From the NCBI GenBank assembly GCA_951804945.1, contig OX638149.1, positions 27,776,001 to 27,840,000 of the forward strand: a DNA stretch of 64,000 nt. Direction: 5' to 3'. Under the pieces are notes generated by a model that ran no database searches, was not told where the DNA came from, and was given only the letters and a program-made list of their open reading frames with translations. Source of the stretch: Podarcis cretensis. Lineage: Eukaryota. Below are positions 24,736-38,349 of the stretch, piece after piece. How positions within the stretch are numbered: the first letter of the stretch is position 1; every line of letters starts with the position of its first letter. The position numbers and the translations under genes are program-made.

Positions 24736-27700
24736 TGATCTCCTGCAAGGCACCCAGAGACGTTACCAGTAGATCGCAATCTAACTTTTGCTCACCCCTG
24801 GACTAGATGATTTGAAACTAAATTATCCTGTTCCCAATCTAAAACATGTTCAGGGTCCTGCCCTACAAGCGGAGGTGTAAATAGGGAGATTTCTGAAGTG
24901 CGCCAAGTTTATTAAGATTCTGGAAGTAGCAAGGAGTGGCATGGTAGTTCAAGCAATTCAATCTTGTTCATTCTGAACAGCCTGTACGAGTTCATAAAAA
25001 GACAAAAAATCTGCTGTGAACAGTCTCTGGGTCACGGCACTACCGTCCTCCTGACACCAGCCAGAGCAAATGCCTAAGAAAAGAGGGTGAAAAGCCTGAT
25101 TACAGATTAGCTTCGGTGTTATTTCAATCAATCCCCTGAATGAAGTTAGTAATCAGCAAGACAGTGAACAATGAAGTGGCATTAGAGAGCCACTGTGTCT
25201 GTGTGTGCAAAGGAGGAGGAGGGGAAGAGTCAATTTAAAAGATTCTGTTATTTTTAAAAGTTGCATGACGACTTCTTTTTCCCCTAAAGGTCAATTACAA
25301 AGAGAGGGAGAGCCATTGGGGGCAGGGCTCTTTAGTCACAAAGTGTCAATTGCTGTTTTGACCAAGTTCATCTCAAGTAGCTTGGTTAGGCTTGCCATAC
25401 ATCAGGAAAATTCCTGACATGTCCTAGATTTCAGGTGTAAAAATGGTGTTGGGGGGAATTTTGCAAATTGGCAAAATGTCAGGGAAAACCCAGATGTATG
25501 GCAACACGGTGGTAAAAGCAGTTTTGGAAGTTGGTTTCCCCAAGAAAGCTCAACAATTTTTGTGGTTTTCTTTAAAAAGCTCAACAATTTTGGGGTCTTC
25601 CTAAAAAAGCTTGGCAACTTTGTGGGTGTCAGGAATGTTACTTTTTGAAACCCTAAGCTTGGTGGATTCTAGTGCCATAAGTACAAAGAGTCATCTACTC
25701 TGCTGATCTGCACCATCTTGCTTGTGGGCTTGTTGTCGAGGTATCTGGTCAGCCACAAGGAGAACAGGATGCTAGACCAGATGGGCCACTGGCCTGGTCC
25801 TTCAGGGCTCTTCTCACAGAACAGTCTTATTATTGGCTGTTTTCATCAGCAGACTTATTGTGGCAGGGGCGTGGGAGATTAGGAGATTTCACAAAGTATT
25901 CATGCACCTCAGAATTGAGATTCTCAATTTAAGTTGGGTTTGGGGAATTGGCCTGGGGCTGCTTTCCCAACTGGACTTCAGAATGAGAAGCTCAGTTCTG
26001 AAGTCCATGACATCTTAACTTAATAAAAGCTGTGTGAAATCTTAACTTCAGTTCACCCCATCAGTTTGCAATTTTAAAGACTAAACTTCTAAGAATTCTG
26101 CATTGAAATGTTACACGTGCGTGTGATACGTTTTCATGCACATGCTTCCTTATATATGCAATTTGGTGCACAATTTTGTCCACTACTTAAATTTGCATGT
26201 GCATCTTTGCAAGTTATTTTCCCTAATTTCTGCTTCTTGTTTTCACTGATATACACATTTTATACACAAGTGTGTATTATACACAATGTGCGTAAAAAGT
26301 CCCTAATATATGTATGCACTTAGGGGTTGACAAATTGCAGCATGAATTTCGAATAAATGCTCATTTCAGTGGATAGTTGTGTTTCGGTCCCTGTATTGGT
26401 TTGAAAAGTGCACGTTAGATGGGTTCACACTAAAATGCAAACAGAAACAAACTTATCCACCCCTACATAGAAAATGGAAGCTAGCAAATCTGTTAGAAAA
26501 TTAGAGAGCCTTTTCAGCCTTATGAACATAAGAGCTGGATGGATCAGACCAATGGCTCATCTAGTCCAGGATCCTGTTCCTACAGAGGCCAAGCAGATGT
26601 CTTTGGGCAAGCAGGATTCAGGCAGAAGAGCTTCCTCCCTTCCTGTGGTTTCCAGCAACTGAGATTCAGAAGCATTACTCCTTCCAATTGTGGAGGGCAG
26701 AGCCACAGCCATTATGAGCCCCCCACCTCCAATCATGCCAACAAACTAATATATGTAAGAATTCATTTAGATTCGTACTTCCATTGAGAGAGCTGTCCTA
26801 ATAGAGGTAAAGAATGTGAGAAGCACTGAAGGTTAATTGTCAATTATCCCGAGAATTATGTAGAAATGAGAATAAAAACACAGTTTAACATATAATTGTC
26901 CTTTCCTCATTTGTGCCCAAGTATTTGATTGAACAATGCTAAATTGGTTTAGTTGCTGTCACTAATGTTTAATTCTAGGAAGTTTGCTTTTTTTAAAATT
27001 GGGAAACAATTACGGTAGCACTGGAGTGTGCTCAAGGATCAAAAGAAATGTCACCGCAATGGGTATAGAAGGGGGGGACGTAATCTTGTGCACACCTCCT
27101 ATAACTGCCACTGGAGAACTAGACTATTTGATTTGGTTTTTTTAATAACCAACATGCCGTAATGATGTGTGACCATGATTGCAGTCGGAAGAAAAAGAAA
27201 TAAAGTGAAAACAGTGATCAGAGCATATCCTGAGCATGAAAATGAGCTCTTAATGCCAAAGGGAGTCTGGGTAGAAATTGCTTCTAACTCTGTGTCACAA
27301 AGAAGACTGGCTTGCTTCTGCCCCCTGCCCACTTGCACTGCTCCCTCTGGTTTAAATAAGTCAGTTTCAGAATTGCCTCATATGATGGGAACTGCCTTTA
27401 AGGAACATGGCCAGCTCTGCCATTAGGCAGAATGCAGGGACTGTCTCAAGCAGCACATGTAGGAGGGCAGAGGTGGCACACTTCTGGCTGTACCCTACTG
27501 TCGGGGGCCAGAGCTGGTTGTAGCCGTGTTTGCCAGTACAAATAGATATCACTTGGCTGCTAATTCATACAAAGATCAAAAGTTAATTTACATGGATCAT
27601 TACCTGAGTTTGTTAACCCTTCCGTAATCTACAGTAGTATTTAGGATTTCAGTAAAGTGGGTAAAATACTCAAAATATCAAGAGTTTCATAACTATTTTT

Positions 27701-27898
27701 CATCCTGTGGGAGATGGTGTGGTTTCACACATAACTAGCCTCAAGCAATTTTAAAGGATGCTTAAAGGATCAATCAAACTTTTATTGCCATTTGCTTATT
27801 AAGGAATGACTATCCCTGGTGGCATGACTGAGTTTCTGTTGAAGCATGCTGAACACTGGACAAGGGGGGCGAGAACCAGCACAAAAGATAGTGCTATG

Positions 27899-28043
27899 CA
27901 GTGCCTTTTCTTAAAAAAAATGTTTAAGGGTACTCTCATTTTCCTACTCATATTGAAATAATGCCCCTCAATGGGGCCAAACGTAGATTCACAAAATGTT
28001 TAGGGATATGTGTACCTCTGCGTCCCCCCAGAAAAAAGCACAA
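27899..28043. mobile_element. hAT MITE
   Basis: TIRs cagtgccttttc / gaaaaaagcacaa; perfect 8-bp TSD gtgctatg at 27891-27898 and 28044-28051. Confidence 0.8.
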
Positions 28044-29462
28044 GTGCTATGCGAGCATCACATCAAACACAGCCTTAGTGTTGCAGAGTGTAAAGTTTAA
28101 GTATTAAGCAGCAGCAAACATGGGATCCTTAATGCAGATTCACCATGGTAGGAGAAAAAAAGCCATGTGGAAGGAAATGCTGAATCTTTCCCTCTCTTTC
28201 CTTCTCTCCCTAGATCTTCTTCTTTACTTGGGATTCTGTGAAAGAGGCAGTGGTTGGAAAGGGCCATAGCTCAGTGCTAGAGCACATACATCTCCAGGTC
28301 CAACGGAGAGACTTCTTTTTGAAAACGATGCAAAGCCACTGCTAGTTAGTGTAGGTTGTGCTGAGCTAGATGAACCAATGGGACAGTATTCAACTAACTA
28401 ATATTCTACTTGCACAATCAGGCTTTCCTTCTCTTCTTCCCACCATTGGTGCCCTACACCACCCCCAACTCTGCTTCAGCGGACTGGGGAACCCTCCAGA
28501 ACAGATCTAGAGGGAAGATCAGGTATACATACTCAGTTCTTCCTGGTATTCTTCGAATGCTCTTATTGTGATGTCAACATGCCTGTAAGTGTTTCCTCTC
28601 ACTCTTAAACATGTCCATGTAAAGATTGAGTTACCTTTATTAATAAATCAATGCCTCTTTCAGTTCCCCTGTCACTTGTCACTCACTCTGTACAAGAAGC
28701 ATATGGTGTCTTGAAAACACCTGCTCAGATGTGCTTCTGCTCTTCTCTCAAGCTGTGGTGATTGTTGACAAACTGTAGGTGTGAATCTTTTTTTTTTTTA
28801 ATGTTACTGGAATGACTTCATGTTTAGAAAATTAAACCCTTCCTCTATGTTATGCCCATAGGCATCTGGTTGGCCACTACGAAAAGAGGAGGCTAAACTA
28901 AATGGGCCTTTGGTCTGATCCAGCAGGCTCTTCTTACCTTCTGAGTCAAATAGAAGGTTGTTATGTTTAAGTAACATCATCTGAAGGGACCAATAGGACA
29001 TAGTCAGCTGCCTTGTATCAAGTCAAGTCTTTGGTCCATCTAACTCAATGTTGGCTCTGCTGTGACCCTCTAGGTTTTCAGAAATGTCCTTCCCAGCCTT
29101 ACTCTGGCCCTCCAGATGGTGGTGGACTGTAACCCCAGTTCATTGGCCATGCTGACTGGGGCTGATAGGACTTTGAATCTGACCTGTGCAAGGCCACATG
29201 TTCTCCACCTCTGCCCTAAACTATAAATTGTAGAAGCTGCCAACAGGCTTGAGCCAATTATATTATTAATCCCCATAGTTGTTCCCTTCGGGAGCTTCCC
29301 CACAGTTGAGTTCTGGTTCTGAGTTCACTGTAAGATAGGCAAAGGGATGCACTGGGTGGAGCCAAAGAACCTTCTCTTCTCCCCATAACTTTTACAGTAC
29401 CAGTGAAGCCACTCCTTGTGGCACTTATTTCCTAGGTATGTTTGTTGAATGGTTTCTTTAAA

Positions 29463-29945
29463 TGTAAAGGTTCATCATTGTTCCACCTGATGTGTATGTC
29501 TTTAAGGGGCCAGAGCAAGGGCCAGAGCAAAATAATGAGACCCAGCTCTACAGCTGTGAAACATAGCAGGTGCTGCTGAGTTGTATTGATTAAGCTGTGT
29601 CAGCAATTGGATGTAGTATATAAGGAGCAGCACCTAGCTCTCCCATTACCCTGGGGGATGGGTTGGTGGTTGGGTCTGGTTTGTTGTTGATGTATTTAGT
29701 GTATTAGGAGTTTTTGTTTTTGTAATTAAAACCTTGTTTAAGTTATTTTTGAGTCCCTTTTTAATGCATGGTCTCCCCAGCAAGCTCTCTGCAGCACTAC
29801 CAAACTGCAAATAGCCAACAATGTTATCTCCCGGTATTGCAGGTGAGTTTGATTGGGACAAATGCATCAAAAGGGATGACCTGTAGGGGTAAGAATAGGA
29901 GTGTGGGAAGGGTTCAACACCACCCACCTCAATACACCCATAACA
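29463..29945 (+). mobile_element. Solo-LTR-like element
   Basis: TGTAAAGG...CCATAACA termini; TATATAA at about 29617 and ATTAAA at about 29725; flanked on both sides by ctttaaa. Confidence 0.6.
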
Positions 29946-30766
29946 CTTTAAATTGCACTCTACCTTCTGAATTCCACGTGAATGGGACAGTCCCATGTTT
30001 AAACATAGGAGTCAGCCACTATACTTTAGGCCCCAAGTGGCATTGGGGAAATCTCAGCCTGAGTTCTTGGAATGCTACTGCCAGTCAAACCTAACAGCAC
30101 CAAGTTAGAGGCATACGTAGTCTGACCTGGAATAAGACAGTATCTGCTGTTAATTAAAATGGAGTGGAAATACCTTGAGTGAGTGCCACTGCTAGAAACC
30201 TTTTGCAAATATAATCTCCTTTAAATAACAGCTATCTCAGTGAACAATTAAAATTGTTTAAAGTGTGAAACTGGGGGCAGGGGAAGCAATCAACGGCAAA
30301 TAAATTGTACAGTTGCTCTTGAGTAGATAAGGGAGTACTTGGAGATAAACACTGTTATCATATGTGTTGAGTAATTGTTCAGAAAATATGTTCTTGAGGC
30401 ACAAACCATCAATGAATTGTTATGAGAGCAAGCACACGCTGATAAAGTCAGGGCTGAGGTCCTTCGCTTTGTGTGATGTACATGCAAGTAAGTGCCCACG
30501 CAGGAAAAGAAGAACTGGAATGAAAAGGCACCATGAAAGGCAGCAGCGGGTTTAAGGCATATTTAAGTCACAATTTGTACATTGACTGGTTTGCGTAAAC
30601 AGAGAGGGTCACAATACGACCCAATTCAACCACGCTTCCTCTTTCTTGACTTCTACACCATAGCATCTGGATGAGAGGTCAAGCTGCATCCTGTATCCCT
30701 TCTGTGTACTTCCCTCTTTAACTCAAGGATCTAGATAGGGTTGAAGATTCCAAAAGCCACCCCTAG

Positions 30767-31830
30767 GAACATAAGAGCCTGCTGGATCAGACCAATGGCC
30801 ATTTTATTATTTTTTTTAAAATGATATTTTATTGAATTTTAACAATAGAAGTTATAAAACAAGCAGTAAAGAAAGCACAAGAGAAAATACAAAAACACAA
30901 AAATACAAAATACAAAAAATACAGACACTTAACATAAGAACAAAAGAAAAAAACAGAAAAACAGAAGTCCCTCTTTTTTTTTATCTTCTCCTCTTTAGTT
31001 AACTTATTTTCCTGACTTCCTCACGCCTCCCTTTTTTGTATTCCACTTAAAATTTAATTCAGCAAATTCATTAACTTCAAGCTTTCAATTACCATCAGTC
31101 CATTCTTGCATAGTCTTTTACCTTGTTACTAGAACCCCTTCATTTCATTTCAATGTCATCAACATTCAAAAATTTTACAATGTTTCTGTAAATAGATTTT
31201 AAATTTCCTCCAATCTTCTTCCACCAACTCTTCTCCCAGGTCTCGGATTCTGCCAGTCATTTCCGCCATTTCCATATAGTCCATTACTTGCACCTGCCAT
31301 TCTTCCAGGGTGGGTAGATCTTGTGTCTTCCAATGCTTTGCGATGAGTATTCTTGCTGCTGCTGTAGCGTACATAAAAAAAGTTCTATCCTTCTTTAGCA
31401 CCAATTGGCCGACTATGCCCAGGAGAAAGGCCTCTGGTTTCTTCAGGACAGACCAATGGCCATTTTAGTCCAGTGTCCTGTTCTCACAGTGGCCTATGGT
31501 AAACCTACAAACAGGACCCAAGCACAAGAGCACTCTCTCCCCTTGTGCTTTCCGGTAACTGGTATTCAGAAGCATTATTGCCTCCAACTGTGGAGGCAGA
31601 GCATAACCATCATGGCCCTTGATCCTAGTCTTCCATGAATTTGTCTAATCCTCTTTTAAAGCCATCCAGGTTGCTGACCATCACCATAACTATGTGAATA
31701 GGGACTTCCTTTTATCTGTCCTGAATCTTTCAGCATTCATTGGAAGTCTGTGAGTTAGAGCGTTATGAGAGAAGGAGAAAAACTTTTATACATGTCATGC
31801 ATAATTGCACAAACTTCTATCATGCCACTT
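30767..31830 (-). mobile_element. Old CR1 3' fragment split by an L1 insertion
   Basis: gaacataagagcctgctggatcagacc at 30767 continues after 31449 as gtccagtgtcctgttctcacagtggcc...ccatgaatttgtctaatcctcttttaaagccatcc. Confidence 0.75.
30807..31448 (-). mobile_element. 5'-truncated LINE-1 (ORF2 C-terminus, 3' UTR, A-rich tail)
   Basis: ORF 31159-31404 YATAAARILIAKHWKTQDLPTLEEW; AATAAA before the tail; 19-bp TSD cagaccaatggccatttta at 30788-30806 and 31449-31467. Confidence 0.9.
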
Positions 31831-32604
31831 TGTACCAATTAATGGATGCAAGCCAATTGTTGTGGTTGTTGTTTTGATTGTGGTGGTTATTCATTAATTC
31901 CATCCAGTTGATGATGGGACCTAGAAGTTGCCTAATAATATCAACCACTGATGCTTGGCCAAGTTAAACTGTATGGAGATCAATCAAAGGTACATTAAAA
32001 AAAAAAAAAATTAATTCCGAATGCCCTCAGTCTTGTTCACAAGATTGCATTTTATAGGTGGGGGATTAAGTCCAGGAGCCAGTAAGTAAATATAGAACTG
32101 GTATTGTAAGCTAAGTTGGTGCTACCAAATCACTTTTCCAGTCTCATCCAAACACAATGAAAGGACTGGTTACAACTTGTTCAGGGAAGGCTTTTCTGTG
32201 GGGGAAAATGCACTGAGTGATCCAATCAGAGATCTGTGTGCATTAGAATAATTCCTGCTCCCATCCCATAAACCCCAGTCCACTTCTTCTATAGCCCATG
32301 TCAGCTTTAATGAATTTAACCAAACTTGCAAGATTAAATTGTGTCAGTCAAGATGAATGCTTTTGACACCTAAAAGAAGGTGCCAAGCAACAGCAGCCAG
32401 TTTGGAAACGAACCATTGCATTATCGTAATTCTTCCGAGATGAAGTTACTGCAATAAGCAGGGATGTTGGATAAGCAGAGGAGATTGTCTTCCCCTGACT
32501 TGGGACCTTGATTCAGAAATCCTTTGAATCCATTAAGACTGACAATTTTCACATTTCACAGAGGATTCTATACAAAGTCAAATTATGTTGACCCAAATGA
32601 ACAG

Positions 32605-32606
<2 letters not shown>

Positions 32607-32653
<47 letters not shown>
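32607..32653. repeat. (AT)n microsatellite
   Basis: Direct reading. Others: (TG)n at about 42733-42775, 43648-43692 and 50237-50270; (CA)n at about 53137-53164; (CT)n at about 53826-53867; (AT)n at about 63685-63722. Confidence 0.95.
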
Positions 32654-32655
<2 letters not shown>

Positions 32656-35600
32656 GTTCATTGGTTGAAAGCAGAAATTGCTGGATTTGTGTGAAATTGA
32701 TTCTTACATTTTGCCCTCCCCTTTCTTTTAATAACATTTTAAAAATAACTGGCAATTAACCTCTAAACCTTTTCCCAAACTTGTTCTTTCAGTCCAGTGA
32801 CGGTCTTTTTAGAAAGAGGTTAGAGTTAATCACACAGTTTGAGGGTGGGTAGGTTATTCTGCATGGAACTCTTGAAGATGCTTTCAGTATAAGTAATTAG
32901 AATTGCTGGTAGCAATACAAGATGAGGGCAAGTTCAACAGAGCATGTCCAAAAAGCAGAGGAGCACAGAGAGCTTGAATGAGGGAAGGGCGGGATAAGAG
33001 TGGGGGGCAGAGAGAGAAACAGAATGAGAGAACAGAGAGTGTGTATGAAGGAACCCGCCAAGTTGGTGATATTTTGTGAGAGAGAAGCTTGTTAAAATTG
33101 AGAAAAAAACAAAATATGAAGAGCATCCAGCATTCAAACTCTAATTAGATAGCATACACCAGAGAACTGCATGAAAGTCTTCTCTCTCTGAAGCATAACC
33201 AAAACTATCAATAGGATCAGATCCACAGCTGGTGTAGACCAGGACTGCAAGTTTACACCAGCTAAAAAAGCTTTCTGAGTGCATGCTAAATAACATCAAT
33301 TTGTGTAGCATCTCCTTCTGAAGATGACATCACCCAGCCATGAATGAAATGTCATTAGTCCTATTTCATTGCTAAGATGGATTAGTCACTGTAGCTATGC
33401 ACCACTCTGGCACCTTGGGAATTGTGCATATTAATCTTCTGGCAAATATTTACTGAACCTTTTCGACTTGCCTTCATAAACATTTGTCTGCTTTCCACTG
33501 GAAAATGTAACTTCTTAGGCATGATAATGGGATCTCACAGCAATGAATTAAACAAAAATTATGCACAAAGCAAAATTATTAATAATTATGCAAAATCTAT
33601 TACAATGTCATGTTCCCGCAAATTTTGTGCTCAGGTGAAGAAAAGTGGATCAGAGGCTTCACTCTGAGTAGAGCCCTAATGCCACTGCTGTTTGCTAATT
33701 GGGCTCACGAAAAGTTCAGAGTAATGATTCCACATGCCAGGATGCATCTGCCAAGTAACAATTATATGTCCCAGTAGGAAACAGAAAAGATACCAAAAAT
33801 AGCAACACATGCACACACATAGGCGTGATGCTAAGATAAATATTGCAAGAAGTGAGATTGTTGAAATGGCTAAACTCAGTTAAAAAACCTGAATTAGAGG
33901 GAGCCATATCTGTTCATTGGCATTAAGAATGTAAAAATATTTTTTTCTGAAAGCAGTTAAAAAGTCTTAAAGGGCTGGCAGAGGATTTAGGGTTAGCTAA
34001 CATGGAGACCTCCATATGTTGTGGATATACTTCCAATCACCTGTGAGATTCAGCCAAGCTGCCTGGGCCTGCTGGGAACTATAGTCCAAGGCACCATGGA
34101 TGATACCATGTTGGCTATCCTGATTTAACACTAAAATCTAGGCATATCAAAGTGTGGGCTGATCTACACTAAGGGGTGACTATGGGCAAATATTGAGTTG
34201 AAATTGGTTTAGCAAGAAGTTGATCTGCTGTCAACATATCAAGTGTTAGGGATGTGTGGACTTTCCACTCCTAAATAAGAAATTCCACCAGTTTCTTGAA
34301 ATTCCCTTTGCTTACCCCAATATTCTTCAGATGTTTTGCCTGAATGGAAACCTCCAAATTTCTCTCATAAATTCTCTTTAGGTAGGGATGAATTCTACCT
34401 TAGCAAGATATGGAACCAAGCACCAGATTTTACAGCTCTTATCGATTTTTATTTGCTTGTCTTGAAATGCTTTGGAATTTTTTCCCCCAACCAAAATTTG
34501 ACTCTTTTGGTGACAGTTCAGCTCTGTGGCACAGAAATGTATGTGACATTTCTAATCTCCTCTGAAATGTTGCTGTGTGATATTAGTACTATTGCTAGAA
34601 TTCTTTTTTGCTATATTTTGAAGATGTTTCACAAGCACAATGAGAAGAGGGGCTGATGGAACATATAGTGTGACACATCTAGAGAACATCAGGTTGACCA
34701 AGGCCACTTTAAGGTATTGTCTCTCCACTCCAATCCTATGAGCCTTGATGTGGACCTTTCACATTTCATTGGTCCTTTCTCCACTTACGACTTTAGATAC
34801 CAGTTCCACTACATCTACATCTTGCTGCTGCTCCTCTCCCCCACTGGAACAAAGACACAAGACAACAACTATACTGACTATAAACATATTCAATGACCAA
34901 ATGGGCTAGCATAGCCAAAGTGAAAATGTGGGGTATCCAAAACTCATTGGAGACTTTGGAATTAAACATAAATTCAATAAATCATCACCACCACCACCGT
35001 CATCCCTTGGGAGCCTGGTTGGGCAACACACAGGCCAGCCAGCTGGCTGTTTTTACTTACTTCATCCACTCATTCAAAGTTTGTGCTGGGGCCTAATCCT
35101 AACCAGGCTACTCTGCACCAACATTTGATGGGCTGGAGTCACCCAGGCCCAAGGATAGTTTCTTTCCAGCATCCTCCTCAAACTGGCAGTAAGAGGGAGT
35201 AGGGATTTATCCAACAAAGTACATAATTTCTCTGCCCGATTGTTGTTGATTTCTCTCTCCCACTGGACACTTGTAAGACACTGGCTACAGTGTAGGTTGC
35301 TTCCTTAGAGGGTACAGGGGAAGAAGTTGGAGAAAAAGATCCATTGCAGACACTTCGTTCCAGTTGCACATCAATGAGTACAACCCATTGTGTCTGACAA
35401 CCACTTGGGCAAAAATGTAGTGCTTAGAAATTCATACATGATTCTGTGCTTTTGCAACAAAAGCATATCCTGTTCCAGTCTAGAGTATACATTTCTGTTT
35501 CACTGTTTGTAGACCATGTATATATTTCATTCTACTTAATTGAAGCTCTTATCCAAAGATGTTTCTTATAGCTAGAGCTTACAATTAGCCAAGGAAAAAG

Positions 35601-36865
35601 AGGGGGGGAGAGAGAAATGAAACATATATAATTTATCAGTTTTGAGCTGTTCTTTCTAAGCTGCAAAATGTTCATTACCTTAATAAGGTAACTTCATACA
35701 TATCTAGGGAGTGGCTATGCTGTAAACAAGTAGGTCACTTTCATGTGGTGGAAGAAAAGATAGAAAATAATGCAATGTTGAAACCCAAATGCCAGTCAGA
35801 GTGCTATACAATCTATCCACCTATCTTCGTGATAGTGAACCAATCCAAAGGATCAACTCTTTCAGAACTGTCAGTCCTAACTGGAAGTAGATCAACAGTA
35901 TTGTTCATAGGCCTGTTATCAAATGTTAAAATGCTAAGACTGAACCTTGACTGAACTTATGTAAAGCTCTTACTCATACACCAGAGAACTGCATGAAAGC
36001 CTTCTCTCCATGGACGTTTGACCCAACTCAATAGAAGCATTATTTGTGTCAGAATGATTTTATCAGAAGATAAATACTGGGTGTGGAAGGGACATTTACT
36101 TCCACTTTTCATGTTTCTGCATAACATGTAGAGGGAGAAATTGTGTGGCTCTGTACCAAAAAGCACAGTGTTCAAATACACAACTCATCACAGGTAAGGA
36201 TAGGGAGGTAATCCAGTTTGGTTCACATTGAAAAGTAGATCTATCAAGGCCTGGCCCACCCATGAGGTGGGATGAAGCAGTCACCTCAGGCAGCAGTAGC
36301 CCCCAAGGCAGCATCCCAATGGGTGCCCCACCTGTCCTGCTGCTTCTGCCGCTGGTGGATAAGTGGTGCTGACATTGATGTTGAGATCTCACTCAGTGAG
36401 AAATCTTGCAAGATCCCATGAGTGATCTCAGGAAATTATGCCATAAATGGGTGCTGATGCTGGCAGAGGTGGGTGGTATGGCAGCAGTGCTGGTGGCTGA
36501 GCTGAGTGGCATGGCAGAATGAGGCAGCACTTCCTGTTTCACCTCAAGAGGCTCATTCCCCCTTGGACCTATGTAATTCACAATTTCAAAAACCACACAG
36601 CGATCCTTCAAAATGCTTCTCTGAATTTTGTAAGAAATGCATATACTTGGTGAAATGCACACATTAGTAAAAATAACATACAAAATGCATTATATTGAGG
36701 AAAATGTAACACATATATTAGGTCATATTGCATATAAAAATGCAATTAGAAGAAATTCACACACAAATGTGGGTGATTTTCAATGAGAACTTTTTCTTAA
36801 AAAACCACAAATTGATTCGGAAATAGGGAGAAGTTGATTTAAGATAAGAAAATATGAGAAACTGA

Positions 36866-37044
36866 GGGCTCAGCTACACAGCTGCAAATAAAACGTTTTA
36901 AATGCATTGCAAAGTGCAATATACAAACGGGACACTAGATGGTGACAGTGAGCTATGAAAAATTCAATGTATTTTTCAAAACTTTTTTTTTTTAAAAAAA
37001 TGCATTTTCACAGCCTTTTTTAAAATATGTGTGTAGATTCCACC
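36866..37044. mobile_element. Possible PIF/Harbinger-type MITE nested in an older repeat
   Basis: gggctcagctacac...gtgtagattccacc flanked by tga/tga. Confidence 0.45.
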
Positions 37045-38058
37045 TGAGACAAACCAAATTTGATTGATTCACCCATCTCCAGTTACTGGAGAGAGCTGAT
37101 TTTTCCATCTTCGCATGTTGCTCAAAAGCAAGAAAGGCAAAGCCACAAGTCCATTAGCATATGCATTCTTTACTGCTAATCCTCATGAGTAGAACCACTA
37201 GGGAATGCTGAAACCAGTAACCATCAATGTTCCCAAAGGAACTGACAGAGTTAGCATAACATCACCTTTTGTAGATGCCTGGCCCATGCTTAACAGTTCT
37301 CTTGTAATTGAGATCCATTTCTTCCAGGACTGTGATATTGTTCATCTTAATGGAGGCATGTTGAATAAAATTGTCTTAAGGGAGTTTTAAAAGTGCCTCA
37401 TTTCTGTCTCCTTAAGCATTTTATGATGGATGCATTATCCATTAAACGTAAGCACTATAGTCACCCTGTCCAAATTGCATTCTTTATTTAAGTAATTTTT
37501 AAAGAATGATCGTGCACTCCTGCATTTCTTCAAGAGTTCCAAAGCTCTTGGCCATGGTTGCATTGGGAGATCGAGCAATTAAATATGAAAACATCTTGAA
37601 ATACTTCCTGGACAGACAGGGTTTCCAAGATTTACAGTGCTAAGTGTAATTACGCAATTCACAAGATGCATGAGCATTTTCAGTTTCATGGGGAATGGCT
37701 GGGAGGGGGGCTTTCTGTTCTCTGCCATTGCTAATGGCCCACACAGGAGAATGTGGAAATGCTTTCTGTTGGGAGTACAGAATATTTTAGCACAGACAGC
37801 ATGCCAGGATGGGATGGATTGCTTCAAATGCTCTGGGGGTTACACTGTTTGAAGAAAGCAGAATTGTTCTCACTATCCTTGTGGCTGTTGGTGTGAAGCT
37901 CTCTTAGGAAAAGAATTGCAGTAGAGAAAATAAAGAACAAAGGTACAAGATAGCTACAGATCAGGAGATGAATTTATTCTTCTTAAAAAGGGGGAGGGGA
38001 ATATCCACTTTGAATTTAGGAGAGTAAGTCCACTTTGGGATATAACACTTTGGGCATG

Positions 38059-38294
38059 TGAAATATACTCCTGTAGTTATTTCATGCTCTTTATTGCAGC
38101 TTGTAAAACAGTGATTGAATTGCCCACCAAACCTCAGGCTTTTATATACATTATTTACACAATGAGTCCTGTCTGACTGGCTGATTCTGCTTCCCTCCTA
38201 GAGCCTGATTGGTCTTTTCCTGCAGGCCAATCAGTTCTTGCACTCTAGGATCCTACTTGCCTATTGTACTAGGATCCAAGGATAGTACATAACA
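38059..38294 (-). mobile_element. Short solo LTR, 236 bp
   Basis: Minus strand TGTTATG...TTTCA; TSD gcatg at 38054-38058 and 38295-38299; CCAAT boxes, TATATAAAA and AATAAA in LTR order. Confidence 0.82.
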
Positions 38295-38307
38295 GCATGG
38301 ATAGCCA

Positions 38308-38349
38308 ATATAGTGCCTTCTAGATGCTATATAGTGCCTTCTAGATGCT
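38308..38349. repeat. Perfect 21-bp tandem duplication
   Basis: atatagtgccttctagatgct x2. Confidence 0.9.
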
